Counted from the stretch's first letter, positions 46,746 to 56,451 are shown. The stretch: DNA of 64,000 bases from Polyangiales bacterium (GCA_045106895.1 JBGCFM010000172.1:17624-81623); one strand, 5' to 3'. Numbers and translations are program-made. Notes: generated by a model not told the origin, from the letters alone.

Positions 46746-48496
46746 CTGAGTTTTCGCAGTTGAAGAAAGACGCCCTTGCCGGGCTGCGCCAGGTAGCAGC
46801 CCTTGCGGAGGAGTCGGGGGCCAGCACTCTGGCCAAGAGTCTCCGAGAAGACCGGATTCCGCGCCTCGAGGAAGAGAAATTCCACCTCGTCGTGCTCGGC
46901 GAGTTCAATCACGGCAAGACCACGTTCGTGAACGCGCTCCTCGGAGCGCCGGTGCTTCCGATGGGCGTCACGCCTACGACGGCGGTGATCCACTGCATCT
47001 CCCACGGCAACGAGAGTCGCGCGCAAGCCTTCAGCGGCGAGGGCCCTGGCAAGGACGTCCCGTGGGATGGACTCGCACGTTACGAAGTCGATGGCGGTGC
47101 GGCGGCGGACGACGTCAAACACCTCGACCTCACGTACCCGTCGGAGTTTCTCGAGGGGGGGATTGTCCTCGTCGACACACCCGGCGTGAACGATCTCAAC
47201 CAAGCTCGCGCAGAGATCACCTATGACTACATTCCGCGCTCGGATGCTGTGCTCTTCCTCCTCGATGCCGGACAGATTCTGAAAGAGTCCGAGCGGCGAT
47301 TCGTGGCGACGAAACTCCTTGCTCAGTCGCGAGACAAGGTGATCTTTGTTGTGAACAAGATGGACCTTCTCGACGAGGATGAATGCCAAGAGGCGCTCGC
47401 GTACGCCCGACTAAACCTCGGGAAGATCCTCGAAGACCCGAAGGTGTATGGCATTAGCGCGGAGAAGGCCCTCGCCGGTGACTACGCGGGGAGCGGCATG
47501 AAAGAACTCGCCGCTGATCTGAAAGTCTTTCTGCGCGATGAGCGAGGTCGCGTCCTTGTGGACAACGCCCTCGAGAGCGGTCTTCGTACGGCGAACACTC
47601 TTCGTACGGGAATCGAAGTTCAGAAACGGGCGCTCTCCATGGAGCACGCGGAGCTCGAACGACGGCTTGAGACCCTGGACGCTGACCTAGAGGGGTCCGA
47701 ACAGCGAATGGCTGAGCGCACGGCTCGTATCCGCGAGGCCGTGAGCGCGGTCAAAGCGGTGGTTCGTTCCGATGTCGAAGGCTTCGCCGAGCGCTTTGCG
47801 GTGCAGCTGCCCGCGGAGATCGAACAGAGCAACGCCAAAGACCTGCGCCAGTATCTTCAGGGCTTCGTGGAAGAGCGCTTCCGAAAGTTCGCAGAGGACG
47901 AAGCCGAAGAGGTCGCGCGGCGCCTCGAGAAGGTTGCCGAAGAAGCCATTGCTTTCGTCACCGACGAGGCGTCAGCTCAAGCAGAACGGCTTGGGGCAGC
48001 GCTCGGAGAAGATGCGCCGGAGCTTGATTTGGACGTCAACACGTTCGCATACGACGTGGGTGTATTCGCCGTCGGTGCGTTTGGGGTCACGCTGATGATG
48101 CTGAGCAACGTCGTCGTCGGTGGGGCGCTTACGCTCGCTGCGCCGGTTTTGGCGATGCTCTTTCGGGGCCGCGCCGACAAACAGGTCAAAGCGCGTGCGG
48201 CTGAGGAGGCTCCCAAGGTGGTTCACGACGCCGCCGGCAAGATGGCGGACGCCTTCGATGCCCGAATCGATGCGTTCGGAGACAAACTTGTGGAGTTCGT
48301 GACCGAAGCGAACACGGAGATGACGCGAAGCATCGCCGAACTTGTCCGTGCTGCTCGCGACGCAAAGGCCACGGGAGAACAGACTCAGTCGGCTCTCGAG
48401 AGCGACACCGGGGAGCAGCTGGCCCGTTTGGCGGACGTGTCCACGCGCATGAGCAAGCTTCGCAAGGGCCTTTGGACCAACGGGCACGCCAAGTAG
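46742..48496 (+). CDS. Bacterial dynamin-like GTPase
   Basis: GEFNHGKT, PTT, DTPG and NKMD motifs; helical stalk; hydrophobic paddle near the C-terminus. Confidence 0.9.
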   Translation: MTEFSQLKKDALAGLRQVAALAEESGASTLAKSLREDRIPRLEEEKFHLVVLGEFNHGKTTFVNALLGAPVLPMGVTPTTAVIHCISHGNESRAQAFSGEGPGKDVPWDGLARYEVDGGAAADDVKHLDLTYPSEFLEGGIVLVDTPGVNDLNQARAEITYDYIPRSDAVLFLLDAGQILKESERRFVATKLLAQSRDKVIFVVNKMDLLDEDECQEALAYARLNLGKILEDPKVYGISAEKALAGDYAGSGMKELAADLKVFLRDERGRVLVDNALESGLRTANTLRTGIEVQKRALSMEHAELERRLETLDADLEGSEQRMAERTARIREAVSAVKAVVRSDVEGFAERFAVQLPAEIEQSNAKDLRQYLQGFVEERFRKFAEDEAEEVARRLEKVAEEAIAFVTDEASAQAERLGAALGEDAPELDLDVNTFAYDVGVFAVGAFGVTLMMLSNVVVGGALTLAAPVLAMLFRGRADKQVKARAAEEAPKVVHDAAGKMADAFDARIDAFGDKLVEFVTEANTEMTRSIAELVRAARDAKATGEQTQSALESDTGEQLARLADVSTRMSKLRKGLWTNGHAK

Positions 48497-48620
48497 CGCG
48501 TTCTTGTCGTGTGAGGGGCCAAAAAGCCCTTCATTCGCCGGCTTAAAGGGTTGCATTGGGGTGAGGGCGGCCGGACAATGGCGGCCAGCGGCTCGTGCCG
48601 CGGTGAGGAATACGAGCGAT

Positions 48621-49961
48621 ATGTCTGAACTCCCCGAAGCATCTGAGACGATTCGGTTTTGGCCCGCGACGGATGTGGGGCGGGTGCGAAAGGCCAACGA
48701 GGATTCATTCCTCGTCGACAAGAAGCTAAGCCTCTTCATCGTTGCCGACGGCATGGGGGGTCACGCCGCCGGTGAGGTTGCCAGCTCGATGACCTGCCGG
48801 GTTATCCGTGACGCGCTCGCGGCGGAGCGAGACGCCCTCACGACTTTTGCCCAAGGCGACAGCAGCGGTGTGGACCGTAAGGACATCCTGCGGCTCATCG
48901 AAGCGAGCATTCAAGAGGCGTGCTCCAAGGTTCACCAAGAAGGCATCATCGACGAGTCCAAGCGAGGGATGGGCACCACCGTCGATGCGCTGCTCATCGT
49001 GGGCACTCGCGGGTTCATCGGACATGTCGGGGACTCGCGAATCTACTTGTACAGGCAGGGGTCCGTTCATCAGCTCACGGAGGACCACTCCCTCGTCAAC
49101 GAGCTCTTGCGTCGTGGAAAGCTGACGCGAGAGCAAATCGATAAGAGCGCTGTTCAGTACAAGAACGCTGTCACCCGCGCGGTGGGCGTGTACGCAAGCG
49201 TGGAGGTGGATGTCTTCGACTTTGATGTCCTCGCTGGAGATCGTTTCTTGCTCTGCTCCGACGGGCTGTCTGGGTATCTCGAAGAGTCCGAGCTTCCGAA
49301 GTTCTTCGAGGAGATCCCCGAGGACGACTTGGCGAAGTACCTCATCGACCTGGCCAATGAACGTGGCGGCAAGGACAACATCACCGCCGTCATCGTCAAG
49401 ACGCCGGAAGACGAGGCGGGTCTCGACAAGCTCACACGTGAGGTGAATCTCAAGCTCGAGATTCTCCACCAGATGCCCTTGTTCCGCTTTGTGACGTACC
49501 AAGAGCTCGTTCGTATCTTGAACATCACGCAAGTTCGTACCTACGCCGCCCACGAGAAGGTGGTGTCCGAAGGCGAAGAGGGCGACGAACTTTTCGTTGT
49601 GCTCACAGGCGGTGTCAAAGTGCATTCCGGCGACACAACCATCGTCGAACTTGGGCCCGGACAGCACTTCGGCGAGATGGCGCTCGTCGATAAGGCGCCC
49701 CGATCCGCGAGCGTAACGGCGAAGGAAGCAACCCAGCTTATTGGCATTCGCCGCCGAGATTTCTTCGACCTTGTACGAAAAGACCACGACGTGGCCGTGA
49801 AGCTTCTGTGGAGCTTTCTGGGCTCACTCGCTCAGCGCCTGCGCACGACGTCCCGAGACTTGGGGCTCGCGAAGGAACAAATTGAGTCCGGCATCGACAC
49901 ACTGTTGGGCGCACCCTCACCTCACGACATGATGGACGAAGTCACGTCCGAGTTCGAATGA
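48621..49961 (+). CDS. PP2C Ser/Thr phosphatase with a C-terminal cyclic-nucleotide-binding domain
   Basis: DVGRVRKANED, ADGMGGH, GMGTT, VGDSR, CSDGL and GGKDNIT; cNMP motif FGEMALVDKAPRSASV. Confidence 0.93.
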   Translation: MSELPEASETIRFWPATDVGRVRKANEDSFLVDKKLSLFIVADGMGGHAAGEVASSMTCRVIRDALAAERDALTTFAQGDSSGVDRKDILRLIEASIQEACSKVHQEGIIDESKRGMGTTVDALLIVGTRGFIGHVGDSRIYLYRQGSVHQLTEDHSLVNELLRRGKLTREQIDKSAVQYKNAVTRAVGVYASVEVDVFDFDVLAGDRFLLCSDGLSGYLEESELPKFFEEIPEDDLAKYLIDLANERGGKDNITAVIVKTPEDEAGLDKLTREVNLKLEILHQMPLFRFVTYQELVRILNITQVRTYAAHEKVVSEGEEGDELFVVLTGGVKVHSGDTTIVELGPGQHFGEMALVDKAPRSASVTAKEATQLIGIRRRDFFDLVRKDHDVAVKLLWSFLGSLAQRLRTTSRDLGLAKEQIESGIDTLLGAPSPHDMMDEVTSEFE

Positions 49962-50956
49962 AGCGCGCCCGACGTGTGCTCTTGGCGTGCGTTGTAGGGC
50001 TGTGCCTCGGAGTGGGTTGCGGGGGCGACGGAGACGCTTCCGAGCAAGCTGAGAGCTCGTCATCCGAAAGCTCGCCGGAGAGCTTGGAGCCTTCGCGAAG
50101 GCACCAACCAGGCACGGCCAATCCGCATGAGGCTGCGCCTCGGCGAGATGCGCTGGCTCGCGTCGCACTGGGGGGTGAACGAGGCCGAGCTTTTGATTCG
50201 GGCGCTGTTATCGTCGCTGGGTCGAGTGCCATCGCTTTGGACCTTCGAGAAGGAGCTCGGGTCAGTGTTGAGCCAGGCGCGCACGTCCGGCTCTTGGATG
50301 AAACCCCCGCACAGATAGCCGTCGCTCAGGGGCTGGTGCACGTGGTGCTTCCGCCCATGGGGAGTTCACCCCGGCCTCCGCTTCGTGTCGGGACGCCGAG
50401 CGGCACGCTCCGTGTCAATGGATCAGGAGACGCTTGGGCGCTTGTGCTCCCTGACGGACGCGCCTGGTTTGCGGTGACCGGCGGGATGGCGGAAGTTCTC
50501 GTGCAGCGCGAAGAAGGCACCGAGTCGGTTGGACTGCATGCGGGCCAGGCCCTCGTGGCCGGGGCTGCGGAGCCGACGGCCGGGCCTGTCGGTGAGGAGG
50601 CCGCGCGCGCCGCCGCCACGCTCCTCTCCAATGGTGCGGCGGATGAAATGCCGAGCCAAGCGACGCTGGACGCTGTCGTCGTCCAGCTGGATGAGGCGGT
50701 TCGTTCGACGAGTGAGGACTACGCCCGAAGCGAAGTGCTACAACGAGCCCACCGTGAAGCGACGGAGTCCGGAGACGGCCATGAGGCGCTTCAGGCCATC
50801 GTACGCTTCAGCCAAGAGACGCAGGTGAGGCGCGACTCGCTGCTCCTTGTGTACGAGCGAGTTCGCTCCCTCGCGCTGCGACGCGGAGTGACGCCGGACC
50901 CGGGGTCCGTTCGTAGACTTGCTGTTCGAGCGGCTCTGCGGCGCTCCGACGACTAA
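49958..50956 (+). CDS. Hypothetical lipoprotein with a FecR-like beta domain
   Basis: Lipobox-like GVGC; LDLREGARVSV...VGTPSGTLRVNG...VTGG pattern; ATGA overlap with the phosphatase. Confidence 0.6.
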   Translation: MKRARRVLLACVVGLCLGVGCGGDGDASEQAESSSSESSPESLEPSRRHQPGTANPHEAAPRRDALARVALGGERGRAFDSGAVIVAGSSAIALDLREGARVSVEPGAHVRLLDETPAQIAVAQGLVHVVLPPMGSSPRPPLRVGTPSGTLRVNGSGDAWALVLPDGRAWFAVTGGMAEVLVQREEGTESVGLHAGQALVAGAAEPTAGPVGEEAARAAATLLSNGAADEMPSQATLDAVVVQLDEAVRSTSEDYARSEVLQRAHREATESGDGHEALQAIVRFSQETQVRRDSLLLVYERVRSLALRRGVTPDPGSVRRLAVRAALRRSDD

Positions 50957-50983
50957 CGAACGAAGTCGTGTAGCGCGAGCGGT

Positions 50984-52339
50984 CTAGAACTGAGCTGTGG
51001 CTTCGATGAAGATGCGTGTTCGAAGGCTGCCGGACTGCTGGAAGCGGTTTCCGGGGAGGTCGAGGACCGGCCGATGATGGCTGTTGATGATGCCCTCGGT
51101 GCAGCCGCCGATTCGGGAGTCCGTGGCGCTGCTCGGGGTGACACGTGGGTTGCACGCGTCTGTGACGGTAATGAGGTGAGATGTGATGTAGTCGAAGTCC
51201 GCGCCGAAGCGAAAACGCACATAGCGTGCCGCTTGCAACTCAAGGGCGAGGGTGCCGCCGAACTCGCCGTGATCCTGGACGTCCGTAAGGCCGTTGAAAG
51301 GCGTGTCGCGGAGCGCCGTCGAGCCTGGAATACCTTCGAGGCTGGGAATCGTGAGGTAGGGGTTTGAGGAGGTGCCGAAGGCGTCATAGAGGGGAGAATA
51401 GTCTCGGCCCTCCGACACGTAGGTGGCGCGTGCTCGCACATCGACGCTGAAACGCTGCCAGCTTCCTCGGTGCTCCCACGGGATGAACGCGGCGCCCGCC
51501 GTGAAAGAGCCTCTCATGGGGGGGCGACGGTTTTGGTAACCAGACAGCCGTCCATTGGGTGAAAACTGTTCTTCGGCGCGGCCTGCCCAAGCGAACTCGT
51601 ATCCAATGCCGGAGAAGAGCTCGGCGAAACGGAAACGTTTCGAGAGACGCGACTCAAAACGAATCGCGTGCGTGCCTGTGGAAACGCCGCTGTCGCACGG
51701 CTGATCGGCTTCACATGCGCTGAGCAGTGTGCCGATGCCAAAGCGTCCTTCGAGGAGCATGGTCCAGGTTGGCAGGTCGCGGCGCCGGTGTTGGTTCATG
51801 AGGCTGAATGCAAACCCAGCGGACACCGTGTCTACGCCCGAGCGGGTCGGAGACTCAAAGGGCAAACCGAAGACAGGTTGGTCGGCCTCGCCGGGGACCT
51901 GCGTAAGAAGACGGGCATCCACTTCCGCGGGAGCGGGGGTTCCGGGGTACGCGACGTTCCGTGTGTCGCTCAACACCAGAGGAAGCCGGGCGAAGAACAT
52001 GACGTCGTGATAGAGGCCGATGTCGAGACCAAGCTCAAGTTCGTTGCGTGTGTGCGTGAACTCGCCGATGTCGACAAGGTTCTGGCTGGCGCGTCCGTCC
52101 GCTGGGCCGACGCCGGGCTCTCTGCTTAGAGTTCCCGTCGTTTGAGTTCGACGAAAGGCCACGTGCACATTGAGGTCGAAGGGGTCCCCTTCGTCCGCCG
52201 CGTCAGCCACATCGGTGAAGGAGAACGGCTCTGCGAAGAGTCGCAAGTCGTCGTCTTGCGCACGGGCATTCGACGATGCGGTGGCAATGAGCCCGATGAG
52301 GACGGCGCCGATCACACGGAAGTAAGAGGAAGGCGGCAT
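50984..52339 (-). CDS. Putative outer-membrane beta-barrel protein
   Basis: Signal peptide (ARA), amphipathic strands and a terminal Phe (IFIEATAQF). Confidence 0.65.
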   Translation of the reverse strand: MPPSSYFRVIGAVLIGLIATASSNARAQDDDLRLFAEPFSFTDVADAADEGDPFDLNVHVAFRRTQTTGTLSREPGVGPADGRASQNLVDIGEFTHTRNELELGLDIGLYHDVMFFARLPLVLSDTRNVAYPGTPAPAEVDARLLTQVPGEADQPVFGLPFESPTRSGVDTVSAGFAFSLMNQHRRRDLPTWTMLLEGRFGIGTLLSACEADQPCDSGVSTGTHAIRFESRLSKRFRFAELFSGIGYEFAWAGRAEEQFSPNGRLSGYQNRRPPMRGSFTAGAAFIPWEHRGSWQRFSVDVRARATYVSEGRDYSPLYDAFGTSSNPYLTIPSLEGIPGSTALRDTPFNGLTDVQDHGEFGGTLALELQAARYVRFRFGADFDYITSHLITVTDACNPRVTPSSATDSRIGGCTEGIINSHHRPVLDLPGNRFQQSGSLRTRIFIEATAQF

Positions 52340-52378
52340 CCTGGGCAGACTACGAAAGTTGACCCGCAGGGGTCAATC

Positions 52379-54190
52379 TCAGAGGCAACTGATGGATGGG
52401 AGGTCCCCATCCGCGGTGAGAGACATCATCTCGGCGGCTGGTGCGGTGAGAATCAGGGCACCGGTCCCGAGCACCTTGCGGAGACCGCCGGTCGTTAGAA
52501 TATGGTTGCCCGGGACCATGGTGGACGTGTGCAGCGCTCTCTGGGACCGGAGACAGGAGGTGCCGAGGGGAGCCTGCGTCTCGAAGACGTAACCGACGGC
52601 GGCGGAACGAGTCTCTAGGTTTCGCCTCAGCCCGCCGAAGACGACGACGCTGTCCGAGTTGTCGAGGCGCACTGCGGACGCGAAGGCCTGGTTCTGGTTC
52701 GACGATGGCTGGAAGACGTCAACGGCGCCGTCCGAGACGAAGAAGTTGCGACCGGGGGTGCCATCCACAATCGTGCCCGCGGGTTCTGTACAGCGGAAAA
52801 GGTCGAGACCGGTGTAGGTTGGAAGCTCGGGGGTGTCGGCAAGCGCGTCGCACTGGGGGCCAAACCAGCCGCTCACCAGGGCCTTGTCGCCCTCGGCGTT
52901 GGTCATCACCTGTGGGCGGAAGAGCGCCAGCTCCGGATGTGGATCGTCGCTGAGGGCGAAGCCTTCGTCTGTCGCGACCGCCGTCGTGCCGACGGGCGAG
53001 CCGCCGTCCCAGACCTCCGCCAAGTCTGCGTCTTCCGTGGCCTCGGCGCCTCCGTAGATCCACACGGCGTCGTCGAGCACGAAGGCTGAGGGCATCTCTC
53101 GCCTCGCCTGAAGCGTGCCGCTCTCACTGCTGACACCTTCGCCGCCGGGGCGAAGAAGGTCGAAGACCTCGAAGGTAGTGGATGGCGCGCCGTTTCCGGT
53201 GCCACCAGCGAGGACTACATGTAGGTCGTCCGTCGTCGCCGCGGCGTGGAGGAAACGTTCATGATTGAGTGGGCCAGGTTCCGCGGTGTTCGCCGCTGGG
53301 CCTTCGAAAAAGCCTCGACCCGGGAAGCCCAGGCCTTCGGGGTCATCTGAGGGGTTCTCGAGGCCCCGGCTGAAGAACTCGAAGCTCGCGTGAGCCCGAA
53401 GAACGCCACCGTCGATGGGCAGAATGCGAAAGACAGGCTGTTCCCCGTCGCTCACCGCGAGGAGGGCCGTCGAAGCGCCGCCGGCGATGAAGACACGTCC
53501 GTCGTTCATGAGCGTCGCTGTATGGCCACCGCGGGCCTCTAGCATCCCACCGGCGACGGGAAGGAACTCACCAGTCGGCGTGTCGAAGATATAAGCGTCG
53601 CTTGAAGCGGAGGCTTCGTAGCAGCTGTCTGCCACGATTTCCGTGGGGCAGGTGGTGGACTCAAGAGAGTCGAATCCTCCGCTGATCAACACGCGGCCAT
53701 CCCCAAGAGCGGTGGAGGTGTGGAGGAATCGCGGAGGGAGACTCTCGCCCCGTTCAAGAGGCTCCGTGGCGCCGACCTCGTAGAGGGCGATCTTGAGGAC
53801 TCGTCGTTCCCCTGCGCTCAAGGTGATGGAGCCGGTGGAACCGGTATAGCTCGTGGTCCCGTCGACCTGGCCGCAGCCACCGTCGATGGCGGTACGCGCG
53901 AGAATACGAATCTCAAACGGCGTTCCGTAGTCGGGCAGTTCGTCCGATCCAATGATGCTCTCGGCTCGCCCGTTTTCGTCCGTGTCCATGAGACCGTTCA
54001 CGGTAAGACGCCGGGAGTTGACCTCGCCGCCGGAGCGAACCGAAATCTCCAGACAGTCCATATCCTCGGGTATTCCCGGACCGGTGAGGGAGTACACCGA
54101 GGCGCGGACCTCGGGGGGAGTGTCGGCTTGTCCACAAGAGAGGAGCCCGACGACGCCGAGCATCACGGCAGGAGAGAGAAAACGCGCCAT
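52379..54190 (-). CDS. Kelch-repeat beta-propeller lipoprotein
   Basis: Lipobox LLSC after ATG 54190; RFLHTSTALGDGRVLISGG, RGGHTATLMNDGRVFIAGG and RALHTSTMV...GG repeats. Confidence 0.82.
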   Translation of the reverse strand: MARFLSPAVMLGVVGLLSCGQADTPPEVRASVYSLTGPGIPEDMDCLEISVRSGGEVNSRRLTVNGLMDTDENGRAESIIGSDELPDYGTPFEIRILARTAIDGGCGQVDGTTSYTGSTGSITLSAGERRVLKIALYEVGATEPLERGESLPPRFLHTSTALGDGRVLISGGFDSLESTTCPTEIVADSCYEASASSDAYIFDTPTGEFLPVAGGMLEARGGHTATLMNDGRVFIAGGASTALLAVSDGEQPVFRILPIDGGVLRAHASFEFFSRGLENPSDDPEGLGFPGRGFFEGPAANTAEPGPLNHERFLHAAATTDDLHVVLAGGTGNGAPSTTFEVFDLLRPGGEGVSSESGTLQARREMPSAFVLDDAVWIYGGAEATEDADLAEVWDGGSPVGTTAVATDEGFALSDDPHPELALFRPQVMTNAEGDKALVSGWFGPQCDALADTPELPTYTGLDLFRCTEPAGTIVDGTPGRNFFVSDGAVDVFQPSSNQNQAFASAVRLDNSDSVVVFGGLRRNLETRSAAVGYVFETQAPLGTSCLRSQRALHTSTMVPGNHILTTGGLRKVLGTGALILTAPAAEMMSLTADGDLPSISCL

Positions 54191-54224
54191 TGCGCGGAGT
54201 CTAGCAGGACGATGCGAAGTGTTG

Positions 54225-55076
54225 CTAGGTGCTCTTTTTCGCAGCCAGGACAAGGTCGTACGCCTCACCGCTGGAGATTCCAGCTTCGGCGGCGATCTTC
54301 TTGGCCAGCGCCCGTGGATGAGTGCCTGCGGCCAACCCTTCGGCGACCGCTTTCTCCGCGTCAAAAGGCGCGTCGAGGGGGCTCTTGGTGTCTTCGTCAA
54401 CGGCTTCCACCACGAGCGTAATTTCGCCTCGCGCGCCGTCGGCAAAAACACCAGCGAGCTCGCTGGCGCTTCCGCGCACGACCTCTTCGTGCAATTTCGT
54501 CAGCTCTCGGCAGACGGCGACGCGTCGGTCCCCGAGGTGTTCTGCGAGATCACGGAGAAGGGCTGCGAGGCGACGCGGCGACTCGAAGACCACAGACGCT
54601 TCGGTGGAGGAGACGATTCGCTCGATGGCGCTGCGACGCCGTTTTCCTTGGCGCGGCATAAAGCCCACGAAACGAAAGCGGTCGGACCGCAGACCGGCGA
54701 TGCTCAGCGCAGCGAGAACCGCGCTGGGGCCCGGCGCTGTCGTGACATGCAAGCCGGCGTCGCGAACCGCGGACACCAGTTGCGCTCCGGGGTCGGAAAC
54801 CAGGGGGGTTCCAGCGTCCGAAACGAGGGCGACGCGTTCGCCCGCGGCGATTCGTTCCACGATGGCGTCGAGGTGCGCCGGAGGTGAGTGCGCATGGTGC
54901 GCTCGGAGGGGCTTCCGAATTCCATGATGGTCCAGCAGCACTCGGGTTCGGCGGGTGTCTTCGGCGAGAACGACGTCCGCCTCGCGGAGGGTGTTTAGGG
55001 CTCGAATCGTGATGTCGTCGAGATGCCCGATGGGCGTGGCGACAACAGAGAGTTCGCCGTGCGGGGCGGGGGTCAC
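54225..55076 (-). CDS. rsmI: 16S rRNA (cytidine1402-2'-O)-methyltransferase
   Basis: VATPIGHLDDIT, AEDTR, SDAGTPLVSDPG, FESPRRL and RELTKLHEE motifs. Confidence 0.95.
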   Translation of the reverse strand: MTPAPHGELSVVATPIGHLDDITIRALNTLREADVVLAEDTRRTRVLLDHHGIRKPLRAHHAHSPPAHLDAIVERIAAGERVALVSDAGTPLVSDPGAQLVSAVRDAGLHVTTAPGPSAVLAALSIAGLRSDRFRFVGFMPRQGKRRRSAIERIVSSTEASVVFESPRRLAALLRDLAEHLGDRRVAVCRELTKLHEEVVRGSASELAGVFADGARGEITLVVEAVDEDTKSPLDAPFDAEKAVAEGLAAGTHPRALAKKIAAEAGISSGEAYDLVLAAKKST

Positions 55077-56089
55077 TACGCCTCGTACACGTCTACGACG
55101 TCGCCGGCTTCACTTCGCAAGTAGGCTTTCATGCGCTGGAGAAGGCGCTTTTCAACTTGGCGCACACGTTCGCGGCTTACCCCAAAGATATCGCCGAGTT
55201 CTTGAAGCGTCTTTGGGTCTTCAGCCATGAGGCGCTGCTCGAAGATGACCTTTTCTTTGCCCTCGAGGCCGCCGCCGTAGATTCGAATCTGCTTCTTCAG
55301 GATGTCGCCGACTTCGTCCTCCGCGAGGAGGTCCTCGATGCTCTGGCTGGAGCTCGGCAAGAGCTCCATGCGTGTCGTCGTACGGCCGCCGTCGGGCGAG
55401 CCAACGGGTGCATTCAGGCTTGCTTCGCCGCTGCTCAAACGCATGTCCATGGACACGACATCGCGCACGGGGACACTCAAACGCTCAGCGATGGCCTCAT
55501 GAGTTGGGTCGATGCCCATCGCAGCCAGTTTGGATTTCTCCTTCTGAAGATTGAAGAAGAGTTTTCGCTGGGCCTGCGTCGTGCCGAGTTTGACGAGGCG
55601 GTGATTGTTGAGAATGTAGCGGAGCATATACGCGCGGATCCACCACGCCGCGTAGCTGCTCAACTTGACGCCCTTGTAGGGGTCGTACTTCTTCACGGCC
55701 TGCATCAAGCCGATGTTGCCCTCTTGAACGAGGTCGAGGAGGTTCTTGTACGCCTGCCGGTAGTCGTAGGCGATCTTGACGACGAGCCGGAGGTTGGACG
55801 TGACGAGGTGGCGAGCGGCGTCGAGGTCGCCTTCCTCGGTGTAGCGGATGGCGAGCTCGCGTTCTTCATCACGGCTGAGAAGCCGGTAACGCTGGACGTC
55901 TTTCATGTACGCCGCGAGAGGGTCGGCGCGGGAGAGGCCTACGTCGCGTTTGGCGAGGCCGCTCTTGGACTTCGACTTTTTCTTCTTCGTCGAGAACTCG
56001 ATTTCAGCGGTCTCGACGACCTCGGGCTCGCCGATTTCGCTCTCGAGCTCGCTGCCCTCTTCCTCGGGGCCGGTGACATCGCTGCTCAT
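55076..56089 (-). CDS. rpoH: RNA polymerase sigma factor, RpoH/sigma32 family
   Basis: NLRLVVKIA, DLVQEGNIGL, RpoH box TTQAQRKLFFNL and VSRERVRQ. May correspond to a myxobacterial SigB/C/E-type paralogue. Confidence 0.88.
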   Translation of the reverse strand: MSSDVTGPEEEGSELESEIGEPEVVETAEIEFSTKKKKSKSKSGLAKRDVGLSRADPLAAYMKDVQRYRLLSRDEERELAIRYTEEGDLDAARHLVTSNLRLVVKIAYDYRQAYKNLLDLVQEGNIGLMQAVKKYDPYKGVKLSSYAAWWIRAYMLRYILNNHRLVKLGTTQAQRKLFFNLQKEKSKLAAMGIDPTHEAIAERLSVPVRDVVSMDMRLSSGEASLNAPVGSPDGGRTTTRMELLPSSSQSIEDLLAEDEVGDILKKQIRIYGGGLEGKEKVIFEQRLMAEDPKTLQELGDIFGVSRERVRQVEKRLLQRMKAYLRSEAGDVVDVYEA

Positions 56090-56451
56090 TCCGATGCCCC
56101 GAAGAGGCTTGCGTAGGCATCCTCGCGAAATCCGACGAGCACACCTGCATCGTCGACAAGAAGAGGGCGTTTGATGAGCTTCCCGTCGGCGGCCAGGGCA
56201 GCCAGGGCTTCGTCGTCAGTCATAGTCTTGAGCCGCTCGCTGAAGCCGCCATCTCGGTAGCTTTTGCCGGACGTGTTGAAGAACTTCTTGAGAGGGAGTT
56301 CGGATCGTTTCCAGAGCTTCTTGAGCGCTGTCTTCGAAGGAGGGCGTTCGACGATCGGCAGCACCTCGACCTCGACCTTATTTTCTTGGAGCCAGCGCAA
56401 AGCCTTCTTGCACGTGCTGCAAGCGGCGTAGCTATAAATCCGGGTCGTCAC
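56086..56451 (-). CDS. ArsC/Spx-family CXXC protein (YffB/YusI-like)
   Basis: CSTCKKA, FNTSGKSYR and GKLIKRP motifs; GTG start at 56451. Confidence 0.88.
   Translation of the reverse strand: MTTRIYSYAACSTCKKALRWLQENKVEVEVLPIVERPPSKTALKKLWKRSELPLKKFFNTSGKSYRDGGFSERLKTMTDDEALAALAADGKLIKRPLLVDDAGVLVGFREDAYASLFGASE

Noticed and set aside
54191..54451. Long N-terminal extensions in the ORF track (also 10928-11035, 18580-18720, 40879-41097, 61830-62000)
   Set aside because: They overlap neighbouring genes or precede clear signal peptides and domain starts; downstream starts fit better.
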